A DNA stretch of 63,642 nucleotides, the filler included, from Chthonomonadaceae bacterium (lineage in GTDB: Bacteria; Armatimonadota; Chthonomonadetes; Chthonomonadales; Chthonomonadaceae), in the NCBI GenBank assembly GCA_035650735.1. It is 5 parts of 5 records of this genome, joined end to end, with 100 filler letters (N's around TTAATTAATTAA, not from the genome) between each part and the next. Parts side by side here need not be neighbours in the genome. Positions count along the whole stretch, not along the records: positions 55,196 to 61,051 come from DASRGZ010000085.1; positions 61,152 to 63,642 come from DASRGZ010000103.1; 3 more parts are not named here. One strand, written 5' to 3'. Below the pieces are notes generated by a model that was given only the letters and a program-made list of their open reading frames with translations, was not told the origin of the DNA and searched no databases. The position numbers were made by a program, and so were the translations under genes. Shown piece after piece: positions 59,811 through 63,642 of this stretch (the stretch's first letter is position 1; each line of letters starts with the position of its first letter).

Positions 59811-60146
59811 TAACAGTGGGCCTACCTCGTCTTTGGCAGCGTGATGGGAGGCGGGGAGATGTAGAGGGGAACCGGGGTCACAGGGTCGTCCGGGGAGGAA
59901 ACCATCCTGCCTCAACTATCCGGTATGCCTTTTCACAAAGGATGGGAAAAAATTAATACCGAGTATTGATAGATCAATGGGGAGTGATATAATGCGTTCG
60001 GATACCGTTGGCGAATTCAGCGGGCTAAGTTCGGAAAGCCGCAATAGCGGACACTTCCTTGCAATCAAGCTTTCCTGGACACAAGGAATCAGGTTGCGGA
60101 ACGGTGAATAAGAAGCAAAGCCCTGTGGAAGAAAGAAGTTGCTGTC

Positions 60147-61051
60147 ATGTCCTCGGCCCGTCGTCGCATCAAACGTACAGTTCCCGTAGCCAAGAAGCCC
60201 GTGTCTGCTTCCCCGGTTGCTTCTCGCCTGCACAGCAAATGGCGGGCAGGCTCTGTCGCACTTCTCCTCTTGGCCGTCTTCGCGCTGGCCTGGAAGTTCA
60301 CTCCGGCTCCTTCTGCGTCTGCCAGTACCTCATCGGCTTCTGCCGCGCCGGTTGCGCTGGCTTCGCTCTCCGATGCCCCCGTCGAGACCGCGTTGCTCAC
60401 CCCTCCGCTTCCCCTCATTACCCCCACCAACGCCCCGGTTCCTGACGCGGTGAAAAACGCGCTTCCCGCCTCTGTTCCCGCGCAACTGGGCGAACCGGGC
60501 GCAAAGTTGCGGCGGGTGGTGGACAAGAAGATTGCAAACGGGATGGTGACACTGACGCTCAAGGATGAGCAAACCGGCCAACTCTCGACGATGACTCAGC
60601 CGCTCGGCACAAATGTCAGCACGGTGGAAGCGGGCGGGGAGGAGAAAGTCGTTGCCTCCGCTCCGGTCGTTAAGCCACCCGATCCAGTCAAGGACGATTT
60701 CCCGACCACTGGCATTGAGAAGGTCCAGGCGGGCATGACGGTTCCGACGCGCAATCCTATCACAGGCAAGACCGAGTTCAAGAAGGTCGTCCGCATCTTC
60801 AAGCACACCGTCTATGAGATCGTCAAACTCGAACTGACCGATGGAAGCCCAGGCAAAGTGGTGGACAGCCTGCGCGGGACGCCGCAGCATCCGTTCTTCA
60901 CGCCTTCTGGCATGGTGGCGATGGGCGAGTTAAAGCCAGAGATGAAGGTCATCACCCGGCGTGGCCCGCCACTCGTGGTCAAGTCGGTGACGCGCGAGCC
61001 GCATCCCCAAGGCATCCCGGTCTACAACTTCGAGGTCGAAGGCGACCATAC
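60147..61051 (+). CDS. Membrane-anchored polymorphic-toxin-type HINT domain protein (3' end cut by gap)
   Basis: TM helix, Pro/Ala/Ser linker, IEKVQAGMTV, GTPQHPFF, GELKPEMKV, VYNFEVEGDH. Confidence 0.8.
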
Positions 61052-61151
61052 NNNNNNNNNNNNNNNNNNNNNNNNNNNNNNNNNNNNNNNNNNNNTTAAT
61101 TAATTAANNNNNNNNNNNNNNNNNNNNNNNNNNNNNNNNNNNNNNNNNNNN
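61052..61151. other. Artificial contig linker
   Basis: N-run with TTAATTAATTAA. Confidence 0.97.
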
Positions 61152-61430
61152 TCTCTGCCTGCGTAGGCAGCAGGGCTGCCCCTAGAGAACGATGGTGACG
61201 CCCCTGGCGTTGTCAACGGGTATTCTGCCCGCGTCGGTGTCGCAGGGCGGAGGGCCGAATTATTGCAGGCCCGACCCTGGCAGTCAGCATGACCTCTGCC
61301 CACGCAGGTGGGCAAGCAGGCTGCAGCCTGCTCCTGAAGGCTCAGGGCCACGCACGTTGCCTCTTTTCTGCCCACGTAGGTGGGCAGCGGGCCGCAGGCC
61401 CTACAGCGGCAGGGTTTAGCCTGCCGTAGA
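61152..61430. repeat. Repeat block at contig start
   Basis: Matches 39104-39233 in reverse complement; also GCCCACGTAGGTGGGC and CGGCAGGGTTTAGCCTGCCG palindromes. Confidence 0.8.
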
Positions 61431-61476
61431 GCAAAGAGCATTAAGGAAGGAGCCCCGTTGGGTTTGATTTGGCGGA

Positions 61477-61626
61477 CTACTTATCGGCCTTCTTCTTATC
61501 TGCGCGCTCCTTGTCCTGCTCGGGCGTGGATTGCTGCGTCCCGGAACAGCCGACGACGAGCGGCACAACGGTACTGATGACGACCGCAAGCGGTATCAGC
61601 CTTTTTGCAAGCGTTGTCCAGTTCAT
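61477..61626 (-). CDS. Small lipoprotein (49 aa)
   Basis: Manual translation MNWTTLAKRLIPLAVVISTVVPLVVGCSGTQQSTPEQDKERADKKKADK*, lipobox VVGC, TAAGGA RBS. Below the ORF-track cutoff. Confidence 0.75.
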   Translation of the reverse strand: MNWTTLAKRLIPLAVVISTVVPLVVGCSGTQQSTPEQDKERADKKKADK

Positions 61627-61637
61627 TCTCATCCTTA

Positions 61638-62465
61638 CTACTGCGACAGCTTTACGCGGTCGCGGGCGATATTCTCGGCTACCTGGCCGCAGGGGAGACC
61701 GTTGCCGTAGCCGCCATTGCGCTCCTGAACGGCATCCACGTTATAGCAGTAGAGTTTGATGTTATTGCCGTTCTCCGGCATGACGTCAAAGGAGTCGCCG
61801 TCCACCAGGAAGGAGTAAGCCGCCATCTTCATAGACTTGACATGGCCGTCTACGAAGGCGAACTGGTAGTTGTTGCCGTGCCGGATCGCGCCGGGCGTGC
61901 GGCCATCGCCATCCTGGAAGTAGAAGGTCAGGGTGTACATGTTGGTGTCGTTGGTGTCGCCGATCATGATGGTTTCGGCAGGATGGGCGAACTCGGCCAG
62001 GGCACGCCCGCGCCACATGCTGCCGGGATCGTTGGGCAGGTCGGTGCGCGGATCGCGCACCGGCATATGGAAGATGCCGTTGCCGTTGAGGTAGGAGTAG
62101 ATGCCGAAGTTCGGCGCATAGCCGATGCACTTGCCAGAGCTATCCACGCTCTTATCGCAGCCCGTCCGGCTGCGGGAGGGACAGTAGACGATCTGGCGGT
62201 TCTTGATGTAGGGCTGGAGGAGGTATTGATATTCGCCCCGGTCGTTGAGGTCATCAGAGTTGTTCTGGGTCAGGAACGTCTCATCGTAGTCCTGATTGTA
62301 CATCAGGAAGGCCATGGCGAAGTTTTTGCAGTTGCTGGTGCAGGTAATTCTGCGGGCTTGCTCGCGCGCCTGGGCAAAAACCGGAAACAGAATCGCGGCC
62401 AGGATTGCAATAATGGCGATAACGACGAGGAGTTCAATTAGCGTGAACCCTTTAGAACGTTGCAT
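61638..62465 (-). CDS. Prepilin-type N-terminal cleavage/methylation protein, DUF1559 with H-X9-DG motif
   Basis: [34 protein letters not shown]...[16 protein letters not shown]. Confidence 0.95.
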   Translation of the reverse strand: MQRSKGFTLIELLVVIAIIAILAAILFPVFAQAREQARRITCTSNCKNFAMAFLMYNQDYDETFLTQNNSDDLNDRGEYQYLLQPYIKNRQIVYCPSRSRTGCDKSVDSSGKCIGYAPNFGIYSYLNGNGIFHMPVRDPRTDLPNDPGSMWRGRALAEFAHPAETIMIGDTNDTNMYTLTFYFQDGDGRTPGAIRHGNNYQFAFVDGHVKSMKMAAYSFLVDGDSFDVMPENGNNIKLYCYNVDAVQERNGGYGNGLPCGQVAENIARDRVKLSQ

Positions 62466-62599
62466 TTACCAACCTTTCTTTGCTGCTCTCTCGCAGCGCC
62501 CATGAGATAGTTTGTGGTTTCCCACTCTAGCGCAGGCAAGCGCCAGCACAACGCCTTGTGGAGCGGGCAGCGCCGCCTGCGCGCCGAAGACGGGATCTG

Positions 62600-62629
62600 A
62601 TTATAACACGACTTGTGCCTTTGTTTCAA
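62600..62629 (-). promoter_or_regulatory. Sigma70 promoter for the DUF1559 gene
   Basis: TTGAAA-18 bp-TATAAT with extended TG. Confidence 0.6.
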
Positions 62630-62775
62630 TATCTGCCCAAGTTTTTTGCCCGTTTGCCATAGAATCCAGTCAAAAATTAAGCGCTCCACTGTGAATATTG
62701 ACAGCAATATCCCAATAGAGCGCAAAACAGGACAAAACCGAGGCCCGAAGCGGAATAGAAGGCCGTTGGTCGTTC

Positions 62776-63402
62776 TTATTCCGCCGGGCGCGGCTGCGGC
62801 GGGAGCTCGGCGCGGCGCAGGCACCAGTCGAGCACCCAGGGCCATTCGCCATAGCCATAGTAGGGGCTGATGTGCCCCGCGCCTTCCAGCTTGTAAATAG
62901 GAATGTTGAGCTTGACCGCGTAGCCGGAGGATTGGTCGAAGGTGGCGTAGTCGTCGTTGTCGGAGGCGACCAGAACCGTCTCTTTGGCGGCGATCTGGAT
63001 GGCGCGGGCATCCAGAGGCGGCGGGAAGAAGTTGGTCACGCTGGGCGGCGCATCCGGCGGCGGGGCTTGCGGAAGCACATAGGGCGGGGCGACCAGCAGC
63101 ACGCGGTCGGCGACCTGCTTACCGGAGGCGGCGTTGTTGATCGTGAAGTGCATCCAGTTGATGCCGCCCAGGCTGTGGGCCACCACCGTCAGCGGTGCAT
63201 CCGGCGATTGCTTCTGGATCTCGTCTATTTCCCCCTGGAGGCGATCCTGCCAGGCGGCAAGGTCCGGTGCGGACGGGTCCGGCATCTTGGGATAATGGAC
63301 TTTCGCGCCCGCCTCCGTTAGCTTCGCGTGGAGATATTCCTGCCAGTGCGTGGGCTTGTTGCCGCCCCAGCCATGCAAAATTAGAAACACGTCGTTTGCC
63401 AT
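62776..63402 (-). CDS. RBBP9/YdeN family alpha/beta hydrolase
   Basis: ILHGWGG..HWQ, VAHSLG, VLLVAPP, VASDND, GAGHI. Confidence 0.92.
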   Translation of the reverse strand: MANDVFLILHGWGGNKPTHWQEYLHAKLTEAGAKVHYPKMPDPSAPDLAAWQDRLQGEIDEIQKQSPDAPLTVVAHSLGGINWMHFTINNAASGKQVADRVLLVAPPYVLPQAPPPDAPPSVTNFFPPPLDARAIQIAAKETVLVASDNDDYATFDQSSGYAVKLNIPIYKLEGAGHISPYYGYGEWPWVLDWCLRRAELPPQPRPAE

Positions 63403-63447
63403 GTCGCGGCTCTCCTTTGCTGGCGTTTCGCGCCCGGCCTTGCAGCC

Positions 63448-63642
63448 TCACCTAACCCCTGCCCTTGTGTTTGACCTCACCCCCGGCCCCTCTCCTTGAG
63501 AAGGAGAGGGGAGAGTGCTTCCTGTCAGGCCCCTCTCCTTACGAAGGAGAGGGGTGGCCTCGCTAGGCGGAGGGCTGTCGCAAGGCAGAGCCGTGTCGCA
63601 AGGTGTCGCTAGGCGGAGCCGGAGGCCGTAACTCCGGCGACC
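63448..63642. repeat. REP-like cluster
   Basis: CCTCACCCCCGGCCCCTCTCCTTGAGAAGGAGAGGGG and GTGTCGCAAGG modules. Confidence 0.8.

Overview
A GC-rich bacterial window made of five separate contigs joined by artificial 100-nt N/TTAATTAATTAA linkers (15104-15203, 39004-39103, 55096-55195, 61052-61151), so neighbourhoods across linkers are not meaningful. The DUF1559-type prepilin protein and general gene style suggest Armatimonadota (inference). Contig 1 holds deoB, a split F0F1 ATP synthase operon without atpD/atpC that is interrupted by a PspA-like/Gfo-Idh-MocA fusion and a zinc-ribbon membrane gene, and an aspartokinase with a stand-alone ACT partner. Contig 2 holds a decayed integrative element (AEP-primase-like replicase with a structured leader, orphan ORFs, serine-recombinase remnant) carrying a defence cassette (PLD-SNF2 helicase, N6-adenine MTase, DUF4238, VapBC-like TA), then a degenerate IS630, an FGE-domain pseudogene, a sugar ABC transporter and a CRTAC1-like protein. 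Contig 3 holds a c-di-GMP-I riboswitch ahead of a YVTN/Ig-repeat surface protein, moaA, lgt, lspA, a DksA-like gene and others. Contig 4 holds oxidoreductases, ApbE, a FIST pseudogene, an IS630-derived MITE and a membrane-anchored HINT-domain protein. Contig 5 holds a DUF1559 prepilin protein, an unannotated 49-aa lipoprotein and a YdeN hydrolase. Intergenic spaces are filled with modular palindromic REP-like repeats. All family calls come from motif recognition by eye, not database searches.
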